A DNA stretch of 51,672 nt, the filler included, from Porpidia crustulata (taxonomy: Eukaryota): NCBI GenBank assembly GCA_964255105.1. It is 2 parts of 2 records of this genome, joined end to end, with 100 filler letters (N's around TTAATTAATTAA, not from the genome) between each part and the next. Parts side by side here need not be neighbours in the genome. Positions count along the whole stretch, not along the records: positions 1 to 25,797 come from CAXUWE010000045.1; 1 more part is not named here. One strand, written 5' to 3'. This document shows, one piece after another, positions 13,400-25,797 of the stretch. The notes under the pieces are model-generated. The model had not been told where the DNA came from and did no database searches. It saw nothing but the letters and a program-made list of their open reading frames with translations. Within the stretch, counting starts at the first letter, position 1, and every line of letters begins with the position of its first letter. The position numbers were made by a program, and so were the translations under genes.

Positions 13400-14241
13400 T
13401 ACGTCACTAGTCAGAGCACACGCCACCGAAACAGGGCAAGCTTCCGCCAACCCCAATCTACAATTATTGTGCCCACATTAACCGAGCACCCGAGCTACAT
13501 ATACAAAATGAGGGGCCAACACTCTATACTTGCTCACATCGCACTCCATGAACATTTCGTAGAGCTTCGTCCCATTGTCACTGTTGCATCAATCGCTCGC
13601 ACCAATTGTGAACGAATACGGCCAAATGACGCAGGCGATTGAAGTTTAGGTAGGTTCGGATGCCAAGAAACTATAGTATTATGAGCCACAGGGTCTCGCT
13701 TCTTAGCTCGAGAGACAAGGCCGAAGGTACCTACGTTGGACTGTTAATTCTCTTAATCGATCAATCTTGTCCAGGATTATTCCAATTTTGTGCATTTATC
13801 CCGCATTTGCCACGGTCCTTCGTTTTGTTTCTGTTCCCATCGCACTAGAATTATTGACGGAAATAATTACTATCGTAGCTACATTGGCTGAGGAGATGAC
13901 ATATGACTGGCCGTGGTAGAGCTGGAAGGACAAGAATTCGATGAAATAATTTGGAGTGACATGGAAGCCACTGCCACGCTGGCTACATATCTAAGTGCGA
14001 TATACGTCACAACCTTAATCGCCACCCCGCCTCCAACGCCCCACCACTGCCACCACTACTCCGTACCTTACTGCATGTGAAAACACACCGGTAACAGGCC
14101 TGGACCTCGAGATCAACAATGGGGAAAGATCGGCTACGCTGAGGATCGATTGTGCCAGCGATTGGTTTCCAAAAGAAATCAAGGATGCTCGATCTGGATC
14201 CCCAAATCCCAAATTGCCGGCTACTCACCGCGCTTGACGTA
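13400..14241. promoter_or_regulatory. Cluster of CRE/Atf1-like sites (TGACGTA) in a divergent promoter
   Basis: TACGTCA at 13400-13406 and 14003-14009, TGACGTA at 14235-14241, plus several TGACAT variants, all between two stress-type genes. Confidence 0.45.
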
Positions 14242-14677
14242 GATACTCCCACACCCTCCCAGGCAACCAGGATACCGCAGTAAACACATCCAAATCTTGG
14301 AAGTGGAGAGAGAAATGACGGCTATGGGCTACTATGGCTGGAGGATGACATCGGCTTTCTGGAGTACGTGAGTACCTAAAGTAGTGAATGTGAATACTGG
14401 TAATGGTGGGTTGCTCTCGTATGTGTGCGTGAGCGTGTCACTATCAAACCCATCGATGATGTAGTCACTGTTTGTTCACTGCTGCCCCTCATCGAATACT
14501 TTATTTACTTCTCTTGTTACCCCCACTCATTCTTCTTTCCCATTACTTTAAACAGCAATTCACCAACAACCATAGCCCGACTTCTACATCTATCTTGAAG
14601 TCTTCTACCATTTTCAGAGTCATCTCAATATACAACTACACAGATACCATTAAGAACAGACTTGCAATCTAGTAGCA

Positions 14678-15826
14678 ATGGATAAAGCAAAGGCTGCTGT
14701 CAGTGACTTTATGTAAGAATAACCATCACATTACACCGCTCACTCTCGTCAGCAACCTGTTTCCTCATCACTTGACACTTTTTTGGATCGACTGGGAAAT
14801 CAGTCTGTCCCTCAAGAGTGCCATCGCCGCGAAGAAAAACTATCAGTATGAATAAGAGCTAACATACATGTTTTTCAGGCACAAGGCTGGTCACCATGAC
14901 ACTACAGTGCATGAAAAGGTTGCCCCCGCTATTGTTCAAGAAAATATTATCAAGAAACGCCACGAGGAGGCTCAGACTGCCATTGACCGCGAAGTCCACC
15001 AAGATCACTACCACACCTCTATTCAGCCCGTGAAAGATCGTGAAGTATTGCCTGAACAGCATCAGCATCGGATGGCCGGTGTTGAAGTTCGCGAACATCG
15101 TCATGGCGATGCAGCAGCGGTTCAGGCTCGCCTCGAACAAGAACGCACACAGTTCCGCGATACTCGTACTGAGACTGCTGCTCCCGAGACCCATTCAGTG
15201 GCACCTGTCATTGCCGGAGAGCATAAACATCACCACGTGCATGAAGTACGTGACTACTACATAATTTGGAATATCTGTTGCTAATAAACTTCCAGACTAT
15301 CCAACCTGTCGTGCAGAAGGAGACTATTCAACCATCAGTTGTTCACACCACCGTCCCCATCCATGAAGTGCACCACAACGAGCCTAAGCATCACGCTGCG
15401 TCTGCCCTTCCCGCTGTCAGCATGGCTGACTTCAAGAAGCAAGGTGGTAGCCTAAGCGGCCGTGAGGAACGATATGATGGGTTTAAGGGTGAGCCAAGAG
15501 CCGTCGGCGGTGCTTTAGGTGGCTCATCTTCAGCTGGTACTGGCTCAGTTGGCACTTACGGCCATAATACTGCTGGCCCACATTCATCAAATCTGGAGAA
15601 TAAGCTCGACCCTCGTGTTGATTCGGACATGGATGGTTCCCGTAGAATGGGTGGTACTACAGGTACTGGAGCTGGCTACGGTACCGATAGCTCTATTCGA
15701 GGCACTGGGTCAACTGCAACTGGAACTACTGGCACAACCTCCACAGGCAAAAAGCCTGGACTTATGGACCGCTTGAACCCGATGAAGGACACCGATGGTG
15801 ATGGAAAGAAGGGCTTCATGGATTAG
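14678..15826 (+). CDS. Fungal 'allergen'/dehydrin-like hydrophilic stress protein (3 exons)
   Basis: MDKAKAAVSDFM|HKAGHHDTTVHEKVAPA, DREVHQDHYHT, HHHVHE|TIQPVVQKETIQPSVVHTTVPIHE, a Gly/Thr-rich tail with NTAGPHSSNLENKLDPRVDSD (DPR motif), and C-terminal DTDGDGKKGFMD. Confidence 0.85.
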
Positions 15827-16517
15827 AACTTGCGAAATTTGCGATCAACTTGCAGGTGGCAATCGCATAGTCTAATGGAGTTTTGGACAGATCGGATTGT
15901 AATACTAGCGAATAAGTAGTCCGAATTAGTCCGAAATGCAGTTCAGTTGGAACCTGTTTCTAATTCTCAACGCTCATTTGCATTACCGAAACATGAGTTC
16001 ATTTCAGTCAATCTAAATCGCGTCATCGATCCGGTTCATATTAACTACTTACCTGTTGTACCTATGTGCTACTCACCTACTCTGTAATCAGATGGCAGTC
16101 AAGCGAAGGTTCGCCGTTACTCTAATCGCTCCTACGCTTAAACCAAGCGCAGAATTTCGAATTGCACCCAGTGTTTCGAATTTTTGGAAGTCATTTTTAA
16201 TTGGTTTTCTAGAATAATACTTCGAAGCAGATTACTTTGTTTTTGCTTTTGCAATATAGTCTGGCAAAAGGACGATGCGACAAACAAATACTGCTATTTG
16301 TCAATTTTCAGAGCAAAAACTTCAACCCGTCAAGGTATGAAGCTCCAGTGTAAACTTACCAAGTCGCCATCGCTTTCGAAATGGAACGAGTTGCATGGGC
16401 AACAAAATCGCTAGGCTGACACTGACACCACAGCCAATAACAGTTGTGTGTATGCCTTCGTAGCAGCTTAAGTCAGTCTACTTTTGCACAGAACAACGAA
16501 TCCCAACTTACCACAGT

Positions 16518-18444
16518 CTACTTCTTCCCAAAGAAATTCATGATGTTTCCCTTTCCCCCTTTCGCCATACCCTTCTTTCCCTTTCCTACACTCGAAGCCG
16601 TCGATGCTGGTGTTTTCTCCTTTTGCAGTTGCGCTTCCTCTTCCGAAAATGACTCCCAGGCTGCTTCTTCTTTGGTCACTTCGCATTTAATATTGATCAG
16701 CTGCCTATTGGCGATTTTATTCAAGATACTATAAGCCATGACGAACCTAGGTAACCTTCTTCATCCTTGATAGTCTTCTTCTTCATTACCTTCCGCCTGC
16801 CTCTCCTCTGGCCTGCGGTAATTGCAGCTGGAGGCTCGGGAGAAAGCCCTTTTTGAGACACAGACGTGCCAAAGGATAGTGAGTCTCGATCTGGAGGGGC
16901 AAGGGTTCGAAGCCCGGAATTCGTATCATCATCTTGGTGTGCGTTAGCTCGAGAAGTAGAGGTAAGGGTACAGAATCCTACCTTCGTCATCCATTAGTCT
17001 TCGTAGTTTCTCTGCACGCTCAGCCTTTGATTTCTTCAACTCTGTGTTGTCGATAGATTTGGAGATAAGACCGTCTTCCACTTCATCTTCAGAATCAATT
17101 TTCATGTGTTCTGGATAAGTCAATAATCTAGGAAACATGGCAATAGTAAGACTAGGTGCTCACCATCATCTTGTAGCTTCAAACCATCCTATATAGCGTC
17201 GTAAGCGATCTCGGCCCTTGGGGTCATGACTGCAGTTTACCTGGGTGAATGCAGGAGCAGCATTAGGAGCGAGAGATGATTCAGTAGAGCTGCCAGTGTT
17301 GTCACGCTTGAATGTGGTCTTGGGCTTTGAGAACGACTTAAAGATGTCAGATCGCTCCCTCTTTATCATCGAAGGCCTAGCCGTGGCTTCTCTGTGGCCA
17401 CTTGTCTGCTTGTCAGTCCTAGCCTTAATCCTTGCTTCGAATTGATTTCTCGAGTTACTGCTTACAAAAAAGGATCCTCGGAATCTTTGGCGTTCTTGAT
17501 CTTTCCAGTCCCTGAAGAGCTAGATTGTGATACGTCGGGTTTAAACGCAATGTCTGGTGCATTGAGTGTCCCGGTTTGACGCGCCGACCTCCGCTAGCAA
17601 TTGGAGCATTAGCCAAATTACAGATAGCAGTTGTTATTGACTGACCTTGACCCCACAATTCTGTATGACTCCATACTTATTTCCATATATCAATGGGTCT
17701 TCCGTAACGAACTTCTCGGACACTGTGCGATTGCTCTCAGATATTATCTGGAGATTCTAAAATTGCAAGTCTCAGCCTTCAAGAAGGAACGTTGATGAGT
17801 CTGAGCGCACACCTACTTTGACAACACTTGGACTTAAGCTATAGATGTGGATCGATGATATGCGATCGTACCGAGCCTTCGCTTCTATTTGAAGACCTTA
17901 GCATTAGTCATGTAGCCATTCGTAGTGCTGTTGTACTAAAAATCATGTACACCTCTGCGGGTGCAGGCGGATCGTACCATCAAGATTCTCCTCTTGTACC
18001 AGGGTAATAAGCTCTACAAGAGCAGATATTTCCGTGTCCTCTTCTGGCAATTGACTGCTCACGAAAGGACTGCTTTGCATATGTGTATCTTCACCATCCT
18101 CTGCTTTCTGGCTGCTATTGCTGCGAATAGCCGTAGTAATGGTCGTGCCACTCACAAGATAAGTCGCATGGACAGATCCTGGCCTCTTGGAGTTTTGTTT
18201 ATGGTGAAAATCATAGAGCATCCTAACAGACTGTCAAGAGCCGTGGAATCCCTTTCAGTCCAGCAAACCTCACTGCTTGGCAATATTGCTATGCACCTTC
18301 ATCTCCCTACTGAGAAATCGATAGGAAACCTTACAAGATTGTAGTCAGTTCTCTTACTTCCCTACGCATGCTCAGAGATGGATTTACAATGCTTCCATCA
18401 TTCAGTACAGTGCCAGCAAGGAACGTGTTGAAATCTGGTTCCAT
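16518..18444 (-). CDS. POL32: DNA polymerase delta subunit 3 (Pol32/Cdc27), multi-exon
   Basis: N-terminus MEPDFNTFLAGTVLNDGSI..., MLYDFH..GSVHATYLVSG, RRGRRKVMKKKTIKDEEGYL|VTKEEAAWESFSE, and C-terminal PIP box GNIMNFFGKK. Confidence 0.88.
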
Positions 18445-18694
18445 TGCGTTAAAGTATAGCCTTACTGATGGCAATTCCACGGCTGCAGGTCTAGAAAGCT
18501 ATATCATGCTGTGCTATTTAACTGTATCTTGCCTCCACGTTCTTCCAGTTATTGCCGTAATAGGCAAAGTACACCGCTACAAGCGTTTCATATATAAATT
18601 ACCAACGTTACATTCCCTGAAGACGAAGCGAAGTGTGGCTCATATTACGTAGATTTAATAATCGACAAATTGGATATCTCCATTACTACGGCTC

Positions 18695-19988
18695 ATGGAC
18701 AACTCTTGTGACGTCCCAGATCCTTCTGACTGGCTAGATACATCCATAAGACAGCTTGCCCCCGTTGAGACTGCCCTGCGCTGCCAAGTATGCAAAGACT
18801 TTTTCGATACGCCTATGATCACATCCTGTTCACACACCTTCTGCTCCTTGTGTATTCGCCGCTGTTTGACTAGTGATGGACAATGTCCGATATGCCGTGC
18901 TCCGGACCAGGAATTGAGACTCAGAAGGAATTGGGCAGTCCAGGAGATTGTTGATGCCTTCCAGTTAGCTAGGCCGACGATTCTACAAATAGGCCAAGCC
19001 ACCGTAACTATGAGTGGAACATCTCAGCCAAACAAAAGGAAAAGGAAGTTCACCAACAGAGATAGGCAGGAGTCTGGGACCAATATGGCAGAAGAAGAGG
19101 GGGAAACTGAGCGATGGACTATGTCGCCGGCAAGAAGAGGTTCGAAATCTGGGCAAGGAGAATCAAGCTACGTGGCCAACGATGAGCAAGACGTATATCT
19201 TCAATCAGGTCAGTTTGCACTTATTCTCGGTGGACCAAAGTTGGAGCTGCTGATGGAGCGCCTAGAGAATGACCTCAAAGCTTGCCCCATTTGTGGTGAA
19301 AGAATGAAATTAGAGGAAGTTTATGCCCATTTAGACGTACACGATCAATCCGAATACACTGGCATTAGTGCATCCAAGACACTGAGGTACGAGTTTCTGT
19401 TTCAGTGAACTCTAAATCTAGACTCATCGGACGATTAGGCGCTCCCCTGCTGTGGAACTCACACCTAGATCTCGCCAGGTTGCGACGCCGATGGAGCGCC
19501 TTCCGCAGCTCAATTACTCCTTGATGAATGATAACGCTCTTCGCAAGAAGCTGGGGGGACTTGGAATAAACGCTGGAGGCCCTAGAACAATATTGGAAAA
19601 GCGACATGTGGAATGGATAAATCTTGTAAACGCGAATTGCGACTCTGATAAGCCCAGAACAAAGCGCGAGCTACTGAAGGACCTTGGAGTATGGGATCGT
19701 AGCCAAGGCCGTCAAATCCCAAATGGGTTAGCTGGCTCAAGAGAAAGCAATGGCGTCATGAGGAAGGACTTCGACGGCGTAGCATGGGCTGCTACACATA
19801 GCGACGATTTCCAGAGACTCATACATCAAGCCCGGCCGAGACTCGTTGATGTTGACAAGCAGGAAGCCAAAAATCCGGCGACAGTGCACAAGGCTTTTAC
19901 TCTTGACCACATACCTCTGGATGAATGTAAATGCATTGATGTGCAAAGTGCCAATGCTTCTCAAGGCCATTCAGTCCGTTACGAGTAG
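18695..19988 (+). CDS. RAD18: Post-replication repair E3 ubiquitin ligase Rad18 (uvsH/uvs-2 homolog)
   Basis: [10 protein letters not shown]3HC4 RING ([34 protein letters not shown]), UBZ (CPIC..HLD), SAP domain ([23 protein letters not shown]) and W..LVNANCDS. Confidence 0.93.
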
Positions 19989-20346
19989 CCTCTTCTGGAT
20001 CAATCAGAGTTTTAGCATCTTAACATTTGCAACGACTTCCGATATAAAGATATTTACTCAGCGTCCTTAAAATATAGGGCTGGATGTCAAATTCGAAGGT
20101 TAATAGGTGGCATCCCTTGGATTAATATGAGAAGCCCCATCTTGACCACGCGTCAGAGCGTTGGTATCCTGTCACGTCACAGTAAATCCTATCACCTCGT
20201 GTGAAAATATACATGAGAGATCCCAGGGTGAATGAGAAGGCAACCAAGTGCTCTGATGGGCAGCATTGTACGGAAGACCTCAGTACTCCTAATTTGTGGT
20301 AGTACTGGGGGCGATGTCGTCAGGCGAACACGGTATATCTTATCTC

Positions 20347-22007
20347 CTAAACGCCACTGGGCAATAACACCACTCTCTCGTCATCATGGATGCTCTCCAA
20401 ATATGGTCGCTGACGTTCGTCTAAGGACATTCGGTCGATAGCGTTGACAGCTAAAGTTTCAAGACTAGGGACCGTCGGCGCTTTGGGTAGAGCTGATTCC
20501 GGCCTGATGCTCTGCTCGGGTAGACGAGAAGCTGCTTCGGTATCAATTGAGGCTGCAGTATTAGCGAGTCTTTCCTGTGTCTGCAAAGCCTCTTTTTCAG
20601 CACTTTTGAGCTTATTCTGCTGAACTATAGCCTCCAATTCGTCATCGATAGCACCATCGTCAATGACTACATCCCCTTGTCTGGTTGATTTGATAGCGTC
20701 GCCGATTTTATCCATCTCATCCATCTCCTCCCTAAGCTTGTCTACCACTTCTTCTACACTCGTAGTGCCCCCAACTTCTGCGTTCAGGTTCTGTAAAACA
20801 CCCGTGCTCGCTTCTATTACCCGAACCATGGTGACTTGATCTACAGCTTGCTCGATCTTGTCAAAGACAGCTTCGAGCCCTGACAAAGTGTCAAGTCTTT
20901 GGGTTAGGATGATCTCGGCTGCCCTTCTTGAACGAAGAGCTGCCAGCGCAGACACACGATTTTTCACGAGGACTGCGCTTCGAGCATTCTCTGCTAAGAC
21001 ATTAATTCTTGTCTCAGTTGAAGCAACTTGCTGCTTAAGATGAGCGATCAGGTATTTGAGTGAGGCTATCGTTCTGTCTTGACTTGATATCATCAACAAC
21101 TCCTCCCCAGGACCCTTAAATTTGACAGTCTACAGCGCTGCCATCAGCATCGTTCCATTCACGAATGAGGAAGCTTACCTCGCAATCATAAATTATCTCT
21201 CCTTTATCCCGTGCTAAGAACCTTAGGATAATATTCAGGTCACCATCGGTCATCTCGTTCGGGATTTTGAGTGCCTGTGCTACCTCCTTACGGAATGCTT
21301 CTAATCCATGTATTCGATCAACTTGGTTGCTCTTCTTGGCCATTTGCGATATAACTTTACCAGCGGCTTCCTAGCTTCTCCATAAGTCTAGATTCAACAT
21401 TTACCGAAATACAATCATCATACTTCCACGTTGGCTACTATGACGACTTTTACGTTGTTCGAATCCCCATATGCCGAGAAGCTTTTGCCCAATCCAGCTT
21501 GTCGTAGACCCCACGAGAAAAGCCAAGGCACCCATGCCTGCTTGTAGATGGTGTGCGGAGAATCTAGAAATTCCCGGAAAGGTATCATATGCCGCTTACT
21601 TATCGCTTCATTCTACAGTCCAGCGAAAAAGAATTTGAGTTGTGATGAGACGCTGATAAGAGGCTTTCACCTACAATAACCGTCTTCAAAGCGAGCGGCC
21701 TGCCCCACTCCTTTGTCTCCAACAATCGCAGCAGATCTTCGCCTGGGCTCAATGACAATGTATCACGTCTGTCGCCAGATGCTGAGATTAGCCCGGCTTT
21801 GGCAGCTTTCTGTAAACCTTCTTCCCATGCTGCCACGTTGGCAGCATAGCCGTCCGGATTTGTATGTTGCTGAACTGTAAAATCCGAGTACAGCGATGGC
21901 AGGCGTCTTTTACTGGTAATTTTAGTAGAACTCATACATCGCCAGATTTGCCCTAACCTTCGAAATTGCTCCACATGTTCCGATATGAAATCCAAGATTT
22001 CATTCAT
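20347..22007 (-). CDS. ESCRT-II/III hybrid Snf7-family protein (CHMP7/Chm7/Cmp7-like), multi-exon
   Basis: N-terminal RRLPSLYSDF..HTNPDGYAANVAAW..WGRPLAL and a C-terminal Snf7 coiled coil (ALAALRSRR..KIEQAVDQV..VDKLREEM..IDDELEA). Confidence 0.8.
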
Positions 22008-22089
22008 GCTGCGCTATGTCCAGAAATATTGCTCGTAGTCTGATCGGACCAAATGGTCTGGACTGGAGATCCGGACTCCGGAGTTAAGA

Positions 22090-22198
22090 TACTCATATCC
22101 ACCCCTCCTTCGATTATACCCCTAGTTCGAACACAGCACCTAGGGCTAGGGCTCAAAAACCACTGAGCCCTGACCCTAGGTGCTGTGTTCGAAGAGTA
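22090..22198. mobile_element. MITE-like element (family 1) with an internal 30-bp hairpin of telomere-like repeats
   Basis: Left end TACTCATATCCACCCCTC resembles the family TIR; right end GAGTA. Inner arms 22126-22155 and 22164-22193 are complementary at 28/30. Confidence 0.65.
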
Positions 22199-22569
22199 GT
22201 GTACACGCCAGCGGGAATTTGTAAATACGTCTAAATACATAGACTTTTGGAGCGAGTACCGAAGGTAGGTTGGTAGTCGGGCGTCCATAGCACTCTCGTA
22301 ATATGTACTCCTCATTGGGTTCGCATTCTACACCACAAGATTTGTACTTCACGTTTATGATTGACACTGATTGAATGACTCTATTATACTATTGCTTGGG
22401 GAGCGACGGTCGCCTCGGTCCATAATGAAAAATGCTATTCGGTTTCCGTCACAGAATTCTGTCTCCAAATTTGCCAAACAAACATCAAATCACTCACATT
22501 ACACTACAAGAAGCTAAGACGAAGTCTTGAGATATCAGAATGATTCCTCGATTTTCAAAATAGATATCA

Positions 22570-24948
22570 ATGACACAATCTGGCCGCTTAGGAAATGTGA
22601 AACTCAATTCAGCTTCACCGTCTATGATAATAGACAATTCCTTCATGTTACCACAGTCTCAGTCAGCCAGCATCTTACAAAATACCGGAGACCCAACTGC
22701 CTCTGAACCTGTTGGAACACCTCCTCTGATACCTGTGTCAAATCAGCAAAAGCCCAAGTCTCCGCACCGACCTCATTTGTATGACCGTGAGAATTCGCCA
22801 AGCACAAGTGCTAGGTCGTTTTCTTCGGCGGTCCTACAGGACCGCAAGGAAGAACCCCGGCAAATTATACTAAGGTCGTTTGCACCTTGTATCGCAGTAT
22901 ATGCATCGCCAGATGCCGAAGCCTTCATCGAGTCTAAGGGTTTCGATGAAGGGTTCAAGGGACTATTAAGACCATTTGGGGAAAGAATACAAGGGAAGGT
23001 TGTGGTGCGGGATAGTGTAGGTGCCAGTAGAAGCTGGGAGGACTTTGGCATAAGATTCGTCAAATATGAAAATGTTCAGTATTCACAAAAGGCATCTACA
23101 AGTACTACACCTACTCGTGTCGAGGGCAGCACTGAAGTCGCTATCCCGCCACATGGTTCTAAGCCGCCAACGTCCGAACATGGTCATCATATAACCGTAT
23201 CTGTTGACAGGGTCGTAGAGCATCAATTGCGATCAATAGGTGATCAGTCACTGGATATGACGAATGTTTATCTTGAATCTAAAGATGAACCCCGAACGCA
23301 GCCAGGTGAAGCATCTCCAGCTTATTTACTATATCTCCGGAAGCTCTTGTCGAGCATGCCCTTTGTGCCTTACGAAACATTCTCACATCCCGTCGCATGC
23401 GTTATTGCGGTCAGCTCACATAGCCCAGAGCCTATCGAAGTTCTTCGTCAACTGTATGCTAAGACTAGTCATGGTGGTAGTCACGATAGCCCATCGTGGG
23501 TTGGCAGCGACTATCTACGATACTACGTACTCATTCATGATGAAGAAAAGGATGAGATAACCAAATCTACAGCATTGTTCGACCTGATGAAAAGGCATTT
23601 TGGACTCAATTGCCACCTTCTTCGACTTAGGAGTTCCGGATGTATACAGACGGATGATGACAGCATACCAATTCCTCCTTGCGATTGGCTCTCTGCAGGA
23701 GAAGAATTAGCTGGTATTTGGAAGAGCGGTAAGTTTGTAATTCTCGAGATCGACGTAAGTCTGATATGTCTAGGTGTAGCCGAGACCATCGAGACTTTGG
23801 ACAAGTACATACTTGAGTCTGATGCAACCTCTATTAGGAGTTTCTTGAGGGAGATGGTGACACAATCCATCATACCGTTTATGGAAGGCCGTGTTGTGAT
23901 GTGGAATGATCAAGTGGCCTCCAGACGACGCGGTATCAGTGGTCGGTTTATGTCTATGTCGAAACGCTGGACAGGATTTGGGTCTGGCCGAGGGACTGCA
24001 TCTGCCGGTGGAGCTTTTCATCCTTCTAGTAGTAGCTATGATGCTCTGCGAGGCGTCTATCCACCAGAATCGTCCGAAGCAACACTGCGACAGCTTGCAG
24101 ATTACGCCTTCATGTTACGAGATTGGAAGCTAGCTTACAATACTTACGATATTCTACGAAATGACTTCAACAACGATAAGGCGTGGAAGTACCATGCAGC
24201 GGCAAATGAGATGGCAGCAGCCAGTTTTTTATTGATACCGCAAACAATAAATTTAAGATCAAGATCAGATATTGTTGACCAGCTACTAGAAGCTGCGTCT
24301 TATTCGTACCTAACAAGATGTTCAATGCCGTATGGCATCATAAGATGTTTAACTATCACCATGGAACTATTTCGAAGCCGCGGTCCTACTGCAGCACAGG
24401 ATGCCGCAAGATGGGGAGGCAAACTACTTGAATTCGGTGTTCTTACCCCTTTTGCTCAAGCTTTCCTCACAGAGCGCATGGCGGATTACTACAGAGCTCG
24501 TACGGGTGCGGGACTACTTGCCTTGGGGTCTCGCAAACGTCAAACAGCATTTTGGAGTCTGATGTCCGCAAACACTTGGGCGAGTTTAGGGATCTCTAGT
24601 CGCGCAAGGCGCCGACTTTCAGAGGCTGGGCTTTCTTATGGTATCGATACCGATTTGGGTCACGCCACCATGCCATTCTTGAACATGCGGGCATTTTGGG
24701 ACAGAACAAAGAAAATGGTGGAACACATCAATCAGAACCTCTTGACAGACTCGGATGGAATAAATGCGAGTCATGAAAGTCATTCTATGATAAATAATGA
24801 TAGTGAGCAGCTTGAATCAGTGAGCCGTCTTGTACCGGGTATCCAAACAATGGATACAGGAGACCATTTCAATCTGGGGGTCGGTGGAATACATCAATCC
24901 AGCACAGATTACACTTATGCCCAGCCTAGCAATGATGGCTTCGAGTGA
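22570..24948 (+). CDS. TRS85: TRAPP III subunit Trs85/TRAPPC8; probable 45-nt intron at 23729-23773
   Basis: LLRPFGE, HPVACVIAVSS, YLRYYVLIHD, MKRHFGLNCHLLRL, WNDQVASRRRGISGRF, RQLADYAFMLRDWKLAY, DKAWKYHAAANEM. Confidence 0.88.
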   Translation: MTQSGRLGNVKLNSASPSMIIDNSFMLPQSQSASILQNTGDPTASEPVGTPPLIPVSNQQKPKSPHRPHLYDRENSPSTSARSFSSAVLQDRKEEPRQIILRSFAPCIAVYASPDAEAFIESKGFDEGFKGLLRPFGERIQGKVVVRDSVGASRSWEDFGIRFVKYENVQYSQKASTSTTPTRVEGSTEVAIPPHGSKPPTSEHGHHITVSVDRVVEHQLRSIGDQSLDMTNVYLESKDEPRTQPGEASPAYLLYLRKLLSSMPFVPYETFSHPVACVIAVSSHSPEPIEVLRQLYAKTSHGGSHDSPSWVGSDYLRYYVLIHDEEKDEITKSTALFDLMKRHFGLNCHLLRLRSSGCIQTDDDSIPIPPCDWLSAGEELAGIWKSGKFVILEIDVSLICLGVAETIETLDKYILESDATSIRSFLREMVTQSIIPFMEGRVVMWNDQVASRRRGISGRFMSMSKRWTGFGSGRGTASAGGAFHPSSSSYDALRGVYPPESSEATLRQLADYAFMLRDWKLAYNTYDILRNDFNNDKAWKYHAAANEMAAASFLLIPQTINLRSRSDIVDQLLEAASYSYLTRCSMPYGIIRCLTITMELFRSRGPTAAQDAARWGGKLLEFGVLTPFAQAFLTERMADYYRARTGAGLLALGSRKRQTAFWSLMSANTWASLGISSRARRRLSEAGLSYGIDTDLGHATMPFLNMRAFWDRTKKMVEHINQNLLTDSDGINASHESHSMINNDSEQLESVSRLVPGIQTMDTGDHFNLGVGGIHQSSTDYTYAQPSNDGFE

Positions 24949-25707
24949 TACCGGCTTGACTAATAAATGCCACACATCGGGATTCTCAAGCTTTGGGTGA
25001 TTGGAAATGTTGCATGCAACGAAGATCTCGACAATGCGATACACAGATTTCCACTTCGGCGGGACCCAAAGGCAGGCGTCAACCCTATCAAGTGGGGATA
25101 ACGCTCAATCCATGGCATTCTGAAAGCTATTTTTGAGAGACACGACGCGACACATGGTTCAGCAGACTTCAAAAAAATTGAGACTACCTGGTAACACTAT
25201 CATGACGATCTTCCTGATATCTAAGATTAGTGTTATCTACTACGATACACAACCCGCTCACTGGCTCTCGTTCGCAGGAAGCCCGGGGTCAAAACCCAGG
25301 GCTGATCCTTCTCCCCCCCAGCGGATGGCTCAGATGAGGACAGCTTCGCCGGAGCTGCAACGACTGGACGTAGAATCTGTCAACTGCTACTTCTTCACAA
25401 GCAAAAGGCCTTCAAAAGCTAGGCCCGGCGTTCCCGAGTTTCCAATCCTCGTTAAATACGCCAATAATGTTTTGAAGAGGAGATAAGCTGAGGCTGACTT
25501 AAATCATCGGGGCAACGGTAAGTAGTCGCTTGGCGTAAATCGGTGTTCAACGACGAACATGGAGCTGAAATAAGTATTTCAGCGCGTCGTTATAATAGAC
25601 ACTCTTCTTGTCAAAGAGGCTGTTAAAAGTCAAGATTTTTTATTTTTCAATTTTTATTTCTTCATTTTTACGTGCTTATGCAGCCTAGGGCTATGAAGCA
25701 CTATTCT

Positions 25708-25729
25708 ATCTAATCTAATCTAATCTAAT
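25708..25729 (+). repeat. (ATCTA)4 short tandem repeat in the AT-rich contig end
   Basis: atctaatctaatctaatctaat. Confidence 0.7.
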
Positions 25730-25797
25730 ATAGACTAAATATAGATATCACAATTCAGTGTATGTACGAAAATTCCAAGTGGAATTTCCTAAATTCG

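Noticed and set aside
25329..25365. CAGATGAG plus a hairpin resembling a hammerhead ribozyme core
   Set aside because: Lacks the exact CUGANGA and the following GAAA.
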